A stretch of DNA of 64,000 bases, from the NCBI GenBank assembly GCA_030704615.1, contig CM060734.1, forward strand, positions 16,430,001 through 16,494,000, read 5' to 3'. The stretch is from Takakia lepidozioides (Eukaryota > Plantae > Bryophyta). Shown piece by piece: positions 1-12,071 of this stretch. Each line of letters begins with the position of its first letter. Positions within the stretch are counted from its first letter, which is position 1. Below the pieces are notes generated by a model. The model had not been told where the DNA came from. It did not search any database and saw only the letters and a list, made by a program, of their open reading frames with translations. The translations under genes were made by a program, and so were the position numbers.

Positions 1-1567
1 TCCGGCTTAGCTAGCTCAGGAATCCGATTGCAAAAACTTGTGTTGTACAAATTTTGTTTATAAATGAAATGGGTTCCAAATATTGTGCTTCCTATTTTGT
101 TTGGAATGGTGATGCATGGTATGGTTGGCTAGTGTGTAGAATGCATGCTAGCTTACAAGAGTGGGAGAGGTAAATTGGATTAATCGTGTGTTTGCGCAGC
201 GCCGAAATCGGGTGACTCCCATCCAAGGGGCAAGGAAACTTGCGTCTTCTTTGGGAGTTCACGTGCTAGTGCGCACATGGCGCGTGCGCGTACTATAACT
301 GCGCTACCGAAGGGGTTGCCTTGTAGTGCGGGCTAATGTGGAAGCTACATGCTTCCGTTCACGTACTATAATCGTGTAGCCTCGGGACGAAGTCGTAGTG
401 CGGCTTCGGCGTGTTCCCATACCTCAGCCAGCATTCCAAGGCGGACCCAATTGTAGTGATTGGGGCACACGGTTGGTTCAAGGTTATCTTCATAGTCAAA
501 AAAGAATTCAAGGTGAACCCTTGCTCAAGGTGATGCCAAAAACCGGCATCATGAGCGGTCACAAGCAATGTTGTTGCAGTAAGGCGATTCGATCCTCTGG
601 GAGGATCGTTCCTTGGCCTTGAAGTGGGCCAAGAAGAGTACACTGGGTGGAGCTTGACAGGCTCCACCCTTGGCCGGGACTGGGAGGAAGTCGGCCGAAC
701 TAGCTAGTGGAGAGTAGAGTCAAGTGGGGGTTTGGTTCTTTGCCATGGGACGCCATGGTACGGAAACAAACTCCTTGATGTGGGACGCCACAACTTGGAT
801 GTTAGTTTCCACAAAAAAAGACAAGTCGATGAGGACATCGACTCCTCGTTGGTAGGGGTGTGTGTCGCGGCCCTTTACCTTGAGGGCGGGGGGTCAGGAC
901 ACAAAAGGGGCTGCCCTTGTGGTGGGGGCAGTGGCAGCGAATAGGAAAGGGGGCTGCAGCACCCTTGAGTGCCGAAGGCACTCAAGGAGGCGGAGGCGCT
1001 CACTAGGTGAAGCCCCGAGTTGCGGTGGTGAGGGCTCCACGAGGGGTGGTGATAGCGTAGGGAGTCGTAGTGGGGGTCGCATAGGACTCACCATGAGGCT
1101 GATGCCTTGTGGTGGGAGTCGTGGGGAGTCTTGGGACTCGCCGCGGTCCATTGGGGCCGTGGTGGGTGGGCCAAGACTCACCGCGACTTACCACGGAAGG
1201 TTGAGGGTCTAGGTGGTGGTGCACCAGATTTGGACTTGGCTAGTTGTGAAACCCTCATGGACACCTACAGAAGTATATATAGGGAGAACGGTGCAAGCCC
1301 GTTGGTGACCAAAAACTAGTGAGTAAGTGTGCGAGCCGGAAAGCGACCAAGGTGTGGGGAGCTATTCCGGACTGCCATCTACCAAAGGGAATTTCCACTA
1401 GGCCCAAAGTGGTGGAGGGTCTTTTGGAGGCGCAAGGGGGACCGTTATGCCCCGCTGAGCAGCCGAAGCTCCGAGTTGGCCCGGCGGCCAGTTTGAGAGT
1501 TAGGCGCGCGCATCAAAGCGAGTAACTATGACTTGAAGGGGAGTTTACCGAAATGAGGTGCACGACA
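1..1567 (+). mobile_element. 3' end of a Ty3/gypsy chromovirus copy (3' UTR 1-862, 3' LTR 863-1567), same family as 32841-39810
   Basis: 1-862 aligns by eye to about 38223-39081. The LTR starts TGTCGCGG at 863 after the purine-rich GGTAGGGGTGTG and ends CACGACA at 1567, matching LTRs 32841-33566 and 39082-39810. Confidence 0.9.
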
Positions 1568-3602
1568 TTGAGTACCTAGCTTCTAGGCGCAGCACCCAGG
1601 CTCCTCCCGGGCTACTCACGGCTATGGGGCAGCTGCTATCAAGCAAATTTAGCCCGCCCAAACCCCAAAACAAAAAAAATAACAACTCCCCCCTCCCCTA
1701 GGCCTCCACGGCTTGCTTGGGGGGGACAAATTAGTATATAACGGGCGTGATGGTGGCCTAAAATCCCAGATCCAGCCTGTTGTCATCTTTTCTAGAGTAG
1801 ACTATATTCCAAATTAGTAACAAATCACCAGACTATTTCTTCAATGACTTCAAATATAAGCTTCAAAAGCTCTCAATTCAAATGGACTTATGGGACCAAC
1901 CCCTTGTAAATCATATATTTGAAATAGTGGAACTCCACAATGCATGCTCCTCCTTTAGAGGGCTTAAATCAGATTTTCAACTTCAAGCTTTTGCTTGGAA
2001 AACAAATGAATCAAATAGATAAATGGTGAATGGTAAGATAGGGTCAACCTTCCAATGTGTGAGTGCTTGGGATGCTCTATCGACTCGTGTAATGGTACTC
2101 TACGCGGTCCACTTTTGGGTACTCGTCTCTAGGTCCATACCGGCCCTCCCTACTCGTCCTCAAGTCGCCTTCTTCCACATGAACTTGCCCTTCTTCCTTC
2201 ACAAATGAAAATGGCTCAAAGGCCTACAAAGCTAGGACTTCTCAAATGAATTCCTAACTAGGGAGCTTCAAGCTTCACTCCCTAGGACCTAGGCTTCCTC
2301 AAGCCACAAACTAGCAAGCATCTAAACAACAAAGCAAGAGGAAACTATACAAATGAACTAGGTGAAGAACAAGGAAGGCCTTGCTCTTCTTTTATACTGT
2401 TTTTGAGCCTAATAAACTAATGAGAAATATTCATTAAACTATTATATCCTTGAAGGATCTATAGTTTAATATTCAAAATGGATGGAAAATCTTAGAGGCT
2501 AATGAAAACTGGTTTTTCATCCATCCTCATGGATGACCAGTTGGCAAAAGTTATCATTTCATCCATCCAGCTCCTCAGGGCGAATTTAGGATTTTTCATC
2601 CATCCATGAAGCAAAAATTCAATTAATTGGCTCCCGTGAGTGTCGTTGACTTGATAATTTGGTGCCATCATTAATCTCCTCCATAAATCACCAAACTTGG
2701 TGAAAAATTATAAATAAACACCTTGTAGATGCCTGTAAAATCCCAGGGTGATCGGGGATAAAGAGATTTTTCTATCGCCGGTTTTTCGCCGTTTCGCCGT
2801 TTCGAAAGTTGTTCCTTCTTAGAAAATAAATACTACTGGTGGCCCTAGGGGTCTTTGGCCCTGCCACTGGGTTCTAACCTTCCCAAAGTCTTCTCCTACA
2901 TGCTCCGCACCATTGGGGAGTCATATCTTCACCGTGAAGCTTCCCGCTCCGCCGTTTGCTTCGATGCAGCATCTTACTTTGTCGCGATATTTCATCGCTA
3001 TACAGTGTTCCTACCAATTGCCAAGTATGTCCTCCTGTGAGTCTACTGGACTGGAGAGAATGGAGAATAGAGGGATTGCAATCCGTATCCAAACGCTTGC
3101 CTTGCAATGTTCGAACTGGGTCGATTTGTCGCTCCTGGTATTGATCGGTTTACCTAACCTGTTGTCGATGCAGCTTCCTACAGTCCTCTTGACGCCTAGA
3201 ATCTCTTGTCTCGATAGAAGAAAAATGCGGAATAACCACTCTGGTAACCACTCATTTTGAGTGGAAAAAGACACTCAACCACTCTGGCCCCAGAGTGGTC
3301 TAGACCCAGTGGATCTTGACTCAGCAGTGGTTACATGACGTGTCCGTAGTGGTTAAAGACAGTGGTTACAATCACTTGCCTCCGAGTCCAGCTGTTTGCT
3401 TACGTGTCATAGTGGTAAACTAACATGCCACTTCCACCGTATGCGACGTGGACGCCACAAATCCGTTGATCATACTTAGTAATCGACGGACACGTGTCCA
3501 TATTCACACGGACACGTGGCCGAATCCAGTTAGACGATTATGTTGTCCATTATCTGGACACGTAGCCATATTACAAATGCGGGTCTAATAGTATTGATGT
3601 AG

Positions 3603-3727
3603 ACCACCCTGTTGGTTGTTACAAAGGTGTCCACCTTCCTACCGGAAGGCAGTAGCCCTTCTGGGTCAAGTGACACCATAAGTTACGCTTGCTTCGGCAA
3701 CGCGTCCACCTTTTTTTTTTTTTTTTT
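3603..3727 (+). repeat. Structured ~110-bp repeat ending in a T-run (copy 1; copy 2 at 61778-61890)
   Basis: Near-identical to 61778-61890. Contains GGTGTC/GACACC and CCTTCC/GGAAGG stems and a TTGC-TTCG-GCAA hairpin, followed by T17. Confidence 0.8.
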
Positions 3728-3936
3728 GATATAGTGGTTTGGTTGTGTGCTAAAACCACTTACTGAGTGGTTCTACCAGTATCAATGTAGTGGTTAGGTT
3801 GTGTGCTAAAACCACTGACGGAGTGGTTCTACCAGTATTGATGTAGTGGTTAGGTTGTGTGCTAAAACCACTCACGGAGTGGTTCTACCAGTATTGATGT
3901 AGTGGTTAGGTTGTGTGCTAAAACCACTGACTGAGT
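3728..3936. repeat. 56-bp tandem repeat, about 3.6 copies
   Basis: TAGTGGTTWGGTTGTGTGCTAAAACCACT recurs at 3732, 3788, 3844 and 3900. Confidence 0.9.
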
Positions 3937-4000
3937 CATCCAGTGTGTCCCACCAAGTATGAACCATCTATTTGAATTATTACTACCAGAGTGGTATGTA

Positions 4001-6677
4001 CTATTTATTGGCTTAAAATTAATTTAAATTCAATTACATTATGGAATGGCTTGGTGTTGATGGTGAGGCAAATGATTTATTCATTGATTTTGTTTTTGGC
4101 TCCATTTTGCTTTCGGCTTCAAGCATCCCACTGCCACTCCCCCGCCAAAATTTGGATCAATAAAAAATGCCCCCCAAAAAAAAAGTTCTCTTCGCTCACT
4201 ATTGCAGAACTCTCTATGAAGAGTGCATGAAGTAGAGCACAAATCAAGTTTGGAGTGCAAAACGGGCAAGAAACTGTGGTTTTGGGTCCAAATGAATTTT
4301 GATCGCTCCCAAATTCGGCACGCACGTTGCATATGCAGTCGTTATACGCCCCATTCATAAACGGAATGAAAAAAAAAAGCATGAGCACGCAAAACGCAGT
4401 CCAACAGGTCCCTTGAAGTAATAGCAGATCCAACAGAATACATTCAATGGGTGAACGGATGGTTGCCCATCCAAATCATTTTTGTTTGCTTCCAAACTTT
4501 GCCAGTACGTTTGAGACACCCTCTCACAGGTCCCGGACTAATATCAAATCAATCAAAATTCATTCGATGGCTCACGAATGGTTGGCCATCGAAATGATTT
4601 TGGTTCGCTTTGAGACTTGGCCAGTATGTTCAATGTACCACGGAAGAGGCCCCAGAGTAAATATGAGATCAATCGAAATTCGTTCAATGGGCCAGCGGAT
4701 GGTTGCCCATCCAAATGATTTTCGTTCGCTTTGAGACTTGGCCAGTGTGTTCAATGTACCCTCTGATAGGTCCCAGTGTAATATGATATCAATCGAAACT
4801 CGTTCGATGGGCCAATGAGGCGTTCATTTGTCATCTGGTTTTTGTTCATTGCGAAAAAGAAATCCTGCAATGCGTGCACGGCTATTGCACCCATTGAACG
4901 GATGTGGTTGAAGCCCCTCTTTTGCCCGCATGTGCTTGAACATGTGCGGAGACACAACAGATGAATAAATCATTTGCCTCCCCATCGACACCAAGCCATT
5001 CCATAATGTAATTGAATTTAAATTAATTTTAAGCCAATAAATAGGTTTGCACTGCTTTTCATTGATTTTGTTTTGCGGCTTCAAGCATCCCACTGCCACT
5101 CCCCCGCCAAAATTTGGATCAATAAAAAATGCCCCCCAAAAAAAAAGTTCTCTTCGCTCACTATTGCAGAACTCTCTATGAAGAGTGCATGAAGTAGAGC
5201 ACAAATCAAGTTTGGAGTGCAAAACGGCCAAGAAACTGTGGTTTTGGGTCCAAATGAATTTTGATCGCTCCCAAATTTGGCACGCACGTTGCATATGCAG
5301 TCGTTATACGCCCCATTCATAAACGGAATGAAAAAAAAAAGCATGAGCACGCAAAACGCAGTCCAACAGGTCCCTTGAAGTAATAGCAGATCCAACAGAA
5401 TACATTCAATGGGTGAACGGATGGTTGCCCATCCAAATCATTTTTGTTTGCTTCCAAACTTTGCCAGTACGTTTGAGACACCCTCTCACAGGTCCCGGAC
5501 TAATATCAAATCAATCAAAATTCATTCGATGGCTCACGAATGGTTGGCCATCGAAATGATTTTGGTTCGCTTTGAGACTTGGCCAGTATGTTCAATGTAC
5601 CACGGAAGAGGCCCCAGAGTAAATATGAGATCAATCGAAATTCGTTCAATGGGCCAGCGGATGGTTGCCCATCCAAATGATTTTTGTTCGCTTTGAGACT
5701 TGGCCAGTGTGTTCAATGTACCCTCTCAATTGGCTTAAAATTAATTTAAATTCAATTACATTATGGAATGGCTTGGTGTCGATGGGGAGGCAAATGATTT
5801 ATTCATCTGTTGTGTCTCCGCACATGTGTCGCACACGTGTTCAAGCACATGCGGGCAAAAGAGGGGCTTCAACCACATCCGTTCAATGGGTGCGATAGCC
5901 GTGCACGCATTGCAGGATTTCTTTTTCGCAATGAACAAAAACCAGATGACAAATGAACGCCTCATTGGCCCATCGAACGAGTTTCGATTGATATCATATT
6001 ACACCGGGACCTATCAGAGGGTACATTGAACACACTGGCCAAGTCTCAAAGCGAACGAAAATCATTTGGATGGGCAACCATCCGCTGGCCCATTGAACGA
6101 ATTTCGATTGATCTCATATTTACTCTGGGGCCTCTTCCGTGGTACATTGAACATACTGGCCAAGTCTCAAAGCGAACCAAAATCATTTCGATGGCCAACC
6201 ATTCGTGAGCCATCGAATGAATTTCGATTGATCTGATATTAGTCCGGGACCTGTGAGAGGGTGTCTCAAACGTACTGGCAAAGTTTGGAAGCAAACAAAA
6301 ATGATTTGGATGGGCAACCATCCGTTCACCCATTGAATGTATTCTGTTGGATCTGCTATTACGTCAAGGGACCTGTTGGACTGCGTTTTGCGTGCTCATG
6401 TTTTTTTTTTCAATTCCGTTTTTGAATGGGGCGTGTAATGACTCCATATGCAACGTGCGTGCCAAATTTGGGAGCGATCAAAATTCATTTGGACCCAAAA
6501 CCACAGTTTCTTGCCCGTTTTGCACTCCAAACTTGATTTGTGCTCTACTTCATGCACTCTTCATAGAGAGTTCTGCAATAGTGAGCGAAGAGAACTTTTT
6601 TTTTGGGGGGCATTTTTTATTGATCCAAATTTTGGCGGGGGAGTGGCAGTGGGATGCTTGAAGCCGCAAAACAAAAT
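4001..6677. repeat. Foldback/MITE-like complex: ~1.04-kb unit with ~84-bp TIRs, plus a partial direct copy and an inverted copy
   Basis: TIRs at 4001-4084 and 4961-5044. About 5060-5725 repeats about 4100-4763 (offset 962). 5729-6677 is the reverse complement of about 4105-5037. The triplicated spurious ORFs in the track reflect this. Confidence 0.85.
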
Positions 6678-8721
6678 TGAGTCAAAAACAAAATCGATAC
6701 GTGCCAGAAACCCATATCGATATGATTGACCTGGAATCCCACCCTCCCACCCTGTTTTTTCAGAGACCCTGAAATGTAATGGGGTATTCAAATGAGATTG
6801 TAAACATGAAAGGGAATGTTAGATGGTGCCCTGTAAAGGGCTGTTTTGTCTTTCAATGACAATGACCTTAGCGGTCTTGTCCATGTCTTGACATGACATG
6901 TATATCTTCCCTGCCCTAACCCTCTGCATGACGATCGTGCTCAAGGGATGGCTGGAGCTGAGAGATGGTGGCGGGGGGCGCATGGAGCTCGATTCAGGCG
7001 CCCTTGAATGCTACGGAGCTGCACCATTAAGGCATTTAGGTGTTCTGGCAAGATTCAATACCTTCTTCCCCTCTTGGGGTACGCAATGGCGGCAGTACCT
7101 GCAATTTCCCTGTGGCGGTTGTCTCTAATGCTTGGCGGGCGATCTACCTGTGTTGTGGTTGCTTGTTGTGACCTTCATTGATCATTAAGATACAAGCGGC
7201 GATCTTAAGGCCTCAGGGAAGTGTCTGAACTCTTTAAGTTTGGGCGATTCACTTTCTTTGTGCATGCTTTGTACATTTTTGTTGTGCATTTTTGTTTGTT
7301 GGTCTTGAGAGCTATGGCGCAGGCCTCTCTTCCACAAGCCATCAAGGTATTGGCTTGCATATGCTCTGTTTCCTTTCTGCCTCTGCTTTGTATTGCATGT
7401 TGTACAACGATAACAAGCGTGAGACCTGCGATTCACCTGGGGTTCCACATCGTCTCTAACTTAACTGTTTCTGATTGCGTGTGATGGGACCAGGTGAGGG
7501 TCCTCACTTAACATGGATTTTAAAGCTTGAAGTTGATTGGAATCGAGTTGAAGAAGCGACGCCATCTGTATCTTTGGGGGAGAACGATCCTTTCTTCCTC
7601 TTTCCTTTGATCTTGATGGCTCCTATGTTTAACCTAGTATGGTGGACAATCAATCATTAGGGCGACTATCTCTTGTTCCCTATGGCATACTGATGTGACG
7701 ATGGAGCAATGATATGACAAGCTGATGGCTTTAAAGAGATCTGGTAACATGCTACAATGTAGGGCAGACCTGTTTACATGACCAGACAGTGTTCTTGAAT
7801 GTACAAGCATTGGAAACTTAGCCTCTTTTAGAAGCTTGTTACTTTAGGACACTTGATACCATGCCAAACTGATATGGATGGATCTTTTGTGGCCAAATCT
7901 GGTCCTTGGTTATATGCCCTTGAATGTTTACCTATTTTCCAAAATGGTAAGACATTGGTAGATGTGAAGAGAATGATTCAGGCATTGTATTCAAGTTGCT
8001 TTAGGATTAAATAATACCAAAGTAACCTGCAGGCCTGATGGGATGAGCAATTCAGATTCTTTGTGTTTCCTATGGATGATTGCATGGCAAGTAAATCTGA
8101 TTACAGCCTCTTATGGTAATGATTTCCCTACCCCAGACATAGAACTTGGTCTTGGGACATGGAATAAGAGGTGGGAATATTACTCTACCCTGTCATTGAA
8201 ATTACACACCAGCCCCAGATCTAAAACAGATCATGGGGCAAAAAACATGGTGTCAATAAGTGACTTGATGTGCAAAATAGGGCAGCTGATTATACCCTGT
8301 TGTATAAGCTGCCAAATATCAGTCTTGTAACCCTGCTTTGGTGATGTTCTTTATGTAAAGAAATGCTCTTATTTTGTTCTTAAGCCTTCTATGATCATAA
8401 ATGGCTTCTTTAAGACAAACAGACATTTCCAGCCATGAACAGTGATCAATGGATCCTTATTTGGACATGGATACTTACTGCTCAGTCACTTTGGTATGTC
8501 CAATGATACAAAGAACCCAAAACTATACTAGTTTTTGGGCCAACAATAAATTAGGATGGTTGGTTATGCCTTGGTATGTAAGCTGACCAAAAAATACAGA
8601 CTGAATGACATGGCATGTCATGAATGACACTTTTTAGCATGCTGAACAATGGTTTCCTGCTATGAACAGTGGTAATTGAGTCTCTAATTTTTCCCACCCC
8701 CCCCACCCAGAGATTTCATCT

Positions 8722-11586
8722 ATGGAGTTGCTCAAAGCTGGATTGGTCAAGTTGTCAGGCGGGGAGTATGCCTCGGCAACGGTGATGCCAGCTAAGAAAG
8801 ATATCTATGGCAATTGGACAGAAAGAAGGATGTGTGGGGACTATCGTCCTGTGAACCGTCAGACTAAGTCCGATAGATATGCCACGCCAACTCCAGAGGA
8901 GATCTTTGATGCCATTGGGCATGCAAAGGTGTTTAGCACATTGGACTTGCGATCCGGTTACCACCAGTTGCCAATCAAAGAGGCTGACAAGCAAAAGACG
9001 ACATTCTGGGGGATTGACCAACATGGGAATGATTGTTTGTACCAATGGCGGTTCTTACCGTTTGGGTTGAAGAATGCTCCTGCAGAGTTTCAGAGGGTCA
9101 TGGATAGGATTCTCGCGGGGCTAGACTTTGCCCGGTGCTACATTGATGACATCATCGTCTTTAGTGCTACGGTTGAGGAGCATGAGAGACACCTTCAGGT
9201 GGTGTTTGAACGCTTGAGAGTGCACGGGTTGAAACTGCATCCCGGAAAGTGCAAGTTCTTCCACAATCAGATTGAATATCTGGGCCACATGACATACCCT
9301 GGAGGATTGGGTGTTCAACAGACAAAGGTGGAGGCCATTGCATGCATTCCACGCCCCATGGATGTGAGCAGAGTTCGTGCTTTCATGGGATTGACAAACT
9401 ACTATTGACGGTTTGTCAAGGGATTTAGCAGCATTGCAAAGGCTCTTACCAAATTGACCAAGGTGGGTCAGTTGTGGCAGTGGGAGGAGGAGCAGGAGGA
9501 AGCCTTTAAGGAACTCAAGGCTCGATTGACTTCTGCACCTATTCTGAGGCGACCTATTCGGGGGCGGTCTTTCCAGCTACATACGGATTGGAGTATGCTG
9601 GGGATTGGAGCAGTGCTCACACATGAGGGTGATGAGGGAAGAGAGTTCGTAGTGGCATATGCTAGCCGCTCGAACAATGATGCCGAGGCAAAGTATAGTT
9701 CCTATGAAGGGGAGTGTCTAGTTGCGGTATGGGCAGTGACACATTTCAGATGCTACCTCTATGGCAATCTCTTCACCCTTGTCACGGATCACCAACCATT
9801 GAAGTGGTTGATGGAGTCAGACAAGCTTACAGGGAAGCTTGCACGGTGGGCACTTATGCTTCAAGAGTACGACTTCCAAGTGGTGCATCGAGCCGGTATT
9901 GTCAATCGGGATGCAGATGGATTGAGTCGTAATCCATGCACGAGCGAGCATGATGATACTGGAGCTCGGTGGCATGGTGAGACGGACGAGGAGATGGTGT
10001 GAGGATGACATGCATCGGTTTTTTTGTGCATTCTAGCAATGGGAGCTCAAGCTGGTTCATCCCATGCGATTGGTCATGTAGATAGCGTGCATGACGATCC
10101 AGAGACTAGTGAGGAGTTTGGTGGTGCTAAGGATGTGCATGAAGATGCAGCAATGTTGGCATACCTTCGTACCGGAGAGACAGCAGCCAGTGTGACTGCT
10201 AAGGAGAGGGATCGGGTCCTACAACGAACCAAGAGGTTCAAGTGGGAGGGGACTCACCTACTCCGGGTATGGGAGGATGGACGAGTGAGGATTGTGCTTC
10301 ATCCAACAAAACGAGCGCGATTGGTACGCCATGCCCATGAAGAGTTGGGACATTTTGGGGTGCGGCGCACTCATAGTTTGCTGCAAGGGCAGTATTGGTG
10401 GCGGGGCATGCACACGGATGTGCAACAGTTAGTGGCAAGGTGCATGGTGTGTGATAGAGTGCGGGCTTCTTTCAACGCCCCTACTCCACAATTGCATCCT
10501 TTACTAATTATGGGTTTGGGCTATCGTTGGAGTCTTGACTTCGCAGGCCCATTGCCATTGACGATTCGTCATATCAAGTATGTGCTGGTAATGGTGGAAC
10601 ACTTCTCCAAATGGATTGAACTGGTGGCATTGCCTGACAAGGCAAGTGAGGGGGCTGCGTATGCATTCTTAGATCGAATGCTTAGCCATTTTGGTGCTCC
10701 AGCCGAGGTACTCACAGACTAGGGGAGAGAGTTCTTGGGGGAGTTTTAGGCTTTGTGTGAGCAAACCTTGATAGATCGCCGCACTACTTCTCGGGATTAT
10801 CCCGAGGCTGATGGCTTGGTGAAGAGAGTTGTTCAGACAGTCAAGAGAGGTTTGCGTAAGTACGGTTTGCAGAAAAGACACCTAGGAGATTGGGACCTTC
10901 AACTGCCTTGGCTAGCTATGGGCTATAGGTTCAGCAAACAAGCTTCACTTGCCTCCTTCTCACCTTACTTTCTTCCCTTCGGCCGAGAGCCGGATTTGCC
11001 TGCATCTATTCGCAGGGAGGCTGCAATAGTTCTCAACCTTGATGATCCAGATGTGTGGACACAAGCATGCAGTGCCCAGCGGGCAGAGTTGTTCAAGAGA
11101 GTCATGCCTATGGCTTTTGAGAACCTTGCTATTGCCCAACACCGAGACACATTGAGATACGCCACTATACGTGGAGGGGGATATCGGCCAAATGTTCGGC
11201 GTTTCCACCCTGGGGACTATGTGTATTTGTAGCAGACAACGCCTACGACCTTGGATGTCACAGCAGGACGTGTGATTCTAAGGGTCAGGGAGGTGTTGCT
11301 TTCAGGAGTATTGATTCTGGAGGGTCAAGATGGCATGGTATGGAAGGACCATGTGCGCAATTGTGCGCCATGTCACCTTCCACATGTGGATGGGAATATA
11401 GATCCTAATCTTGCAGTGGTACCTGCAGGGTTGCGTTGCATGCTATGTGGGCATGCTGGTGGCGCCGCAACCATGTTGGTGTGTGACAAATGTTCAAGGG
11501 GGTGGCACATGGGATGCTTGACACCGCCACTTGAGGAGGTTCCTATCGGAGAATGGTTGTGTCCACGATACCTTGGACAGAGGTAG
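8722..11586 (+). pseudogene. Ty3/gypsy pol (RT-RNaseH-integrase-PHD finger), 5'-truncated, with in-frame stops
   Basis: RT motifs [31 protein letters not shown]. RNaseH LHTDWS...YEGECL...TDHQPL. Integrase HEELGHFG..CMVC, SLDFAGP, VLTD. C-terminal PHD CMLC..CDKC..WHMGCLTPPL..W.CP. The ORFs are collinear in one frame, separated by single stops. Confidence 0.93.
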
Positions 11587-11828
11587 TGGGCATGACAACG
11601 GTGAGGCGGACAAGTGATCCAAGGTCTAACTAGTGGGGCTTCAATGCCATCGATACTCAACTGAAGATCATGGATTGCATGAAGGCGACTAACGATGGGG
11701 CTACGTTTGCACCCGGCCTCTTGATCTATCGACTTCAGGTGTTGGGACTTGTGCGATTGAAGACCAAGCGATGATCTTATTGGGGTGGATACTTGCAAGC
11801 TATCTGGTGTTAGAGGGACCTAATCACC

Positions 11829-12060
11829 AGCTAGGGGGGCGATTGTGGCATGGCTTTCTAGGACTATATGTTAGGAAGTGTGGTTGGACAGCGATGTATG
11901 TTGTGGCACGATGCTTAGGTGCACGACAACTGTCATGGTTTTGTTTGTGATTAGTTAGAAATAGTTATTTCTAACTAATTATGACATTATACATTTATAT
12001 TTGTATTTTGTTGGCATTGGGACTTCAGTTGTTGAATTAGTGAAGGTTTTCTTGGTGGGG
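11829..12060 (+). mobile_element. Polypurine tract (11829-11843) and truncated 3' terminal repeat of the PHD-gypsy copy
   Basis: AGCTAGGGGGGCGAT followed by TGTGG at 11844. Internal GCACGACA-AC-TGTCA junction at 11921-11935. Homologous to the minus-strand end at about 32560-32320. Right boundary approximate. Confidence 0.7.
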
Positions 12061-12071
12061 TTGACAACAGA

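Noticed and set aside
359-1525. Short ORFs in the LTR/3' UTR (also 32582-33386 and 38593-39756)
   Set aside because: GC-rich LTR sequence whose frames are not preserved between copies.
1900-2560. Weak inverted similarity to about 16940-17520
   Set aside because: Probably a shared non-coding repeat family, but no termini or TSD could be defined by eye.
3685-3705. U6 snRNA 5' stem-loop resemblance (TTGCTTCGGCA)
   Set aside because: No downstream U6 sequence such as the ACAGAGA box; it is followed directly by a T-run.
4081-6729. Triplicated 60-156 aa ORFs as a gene family
   Set aside because: By-products of the non-coding foldback repeat, with no recognisable motifs.
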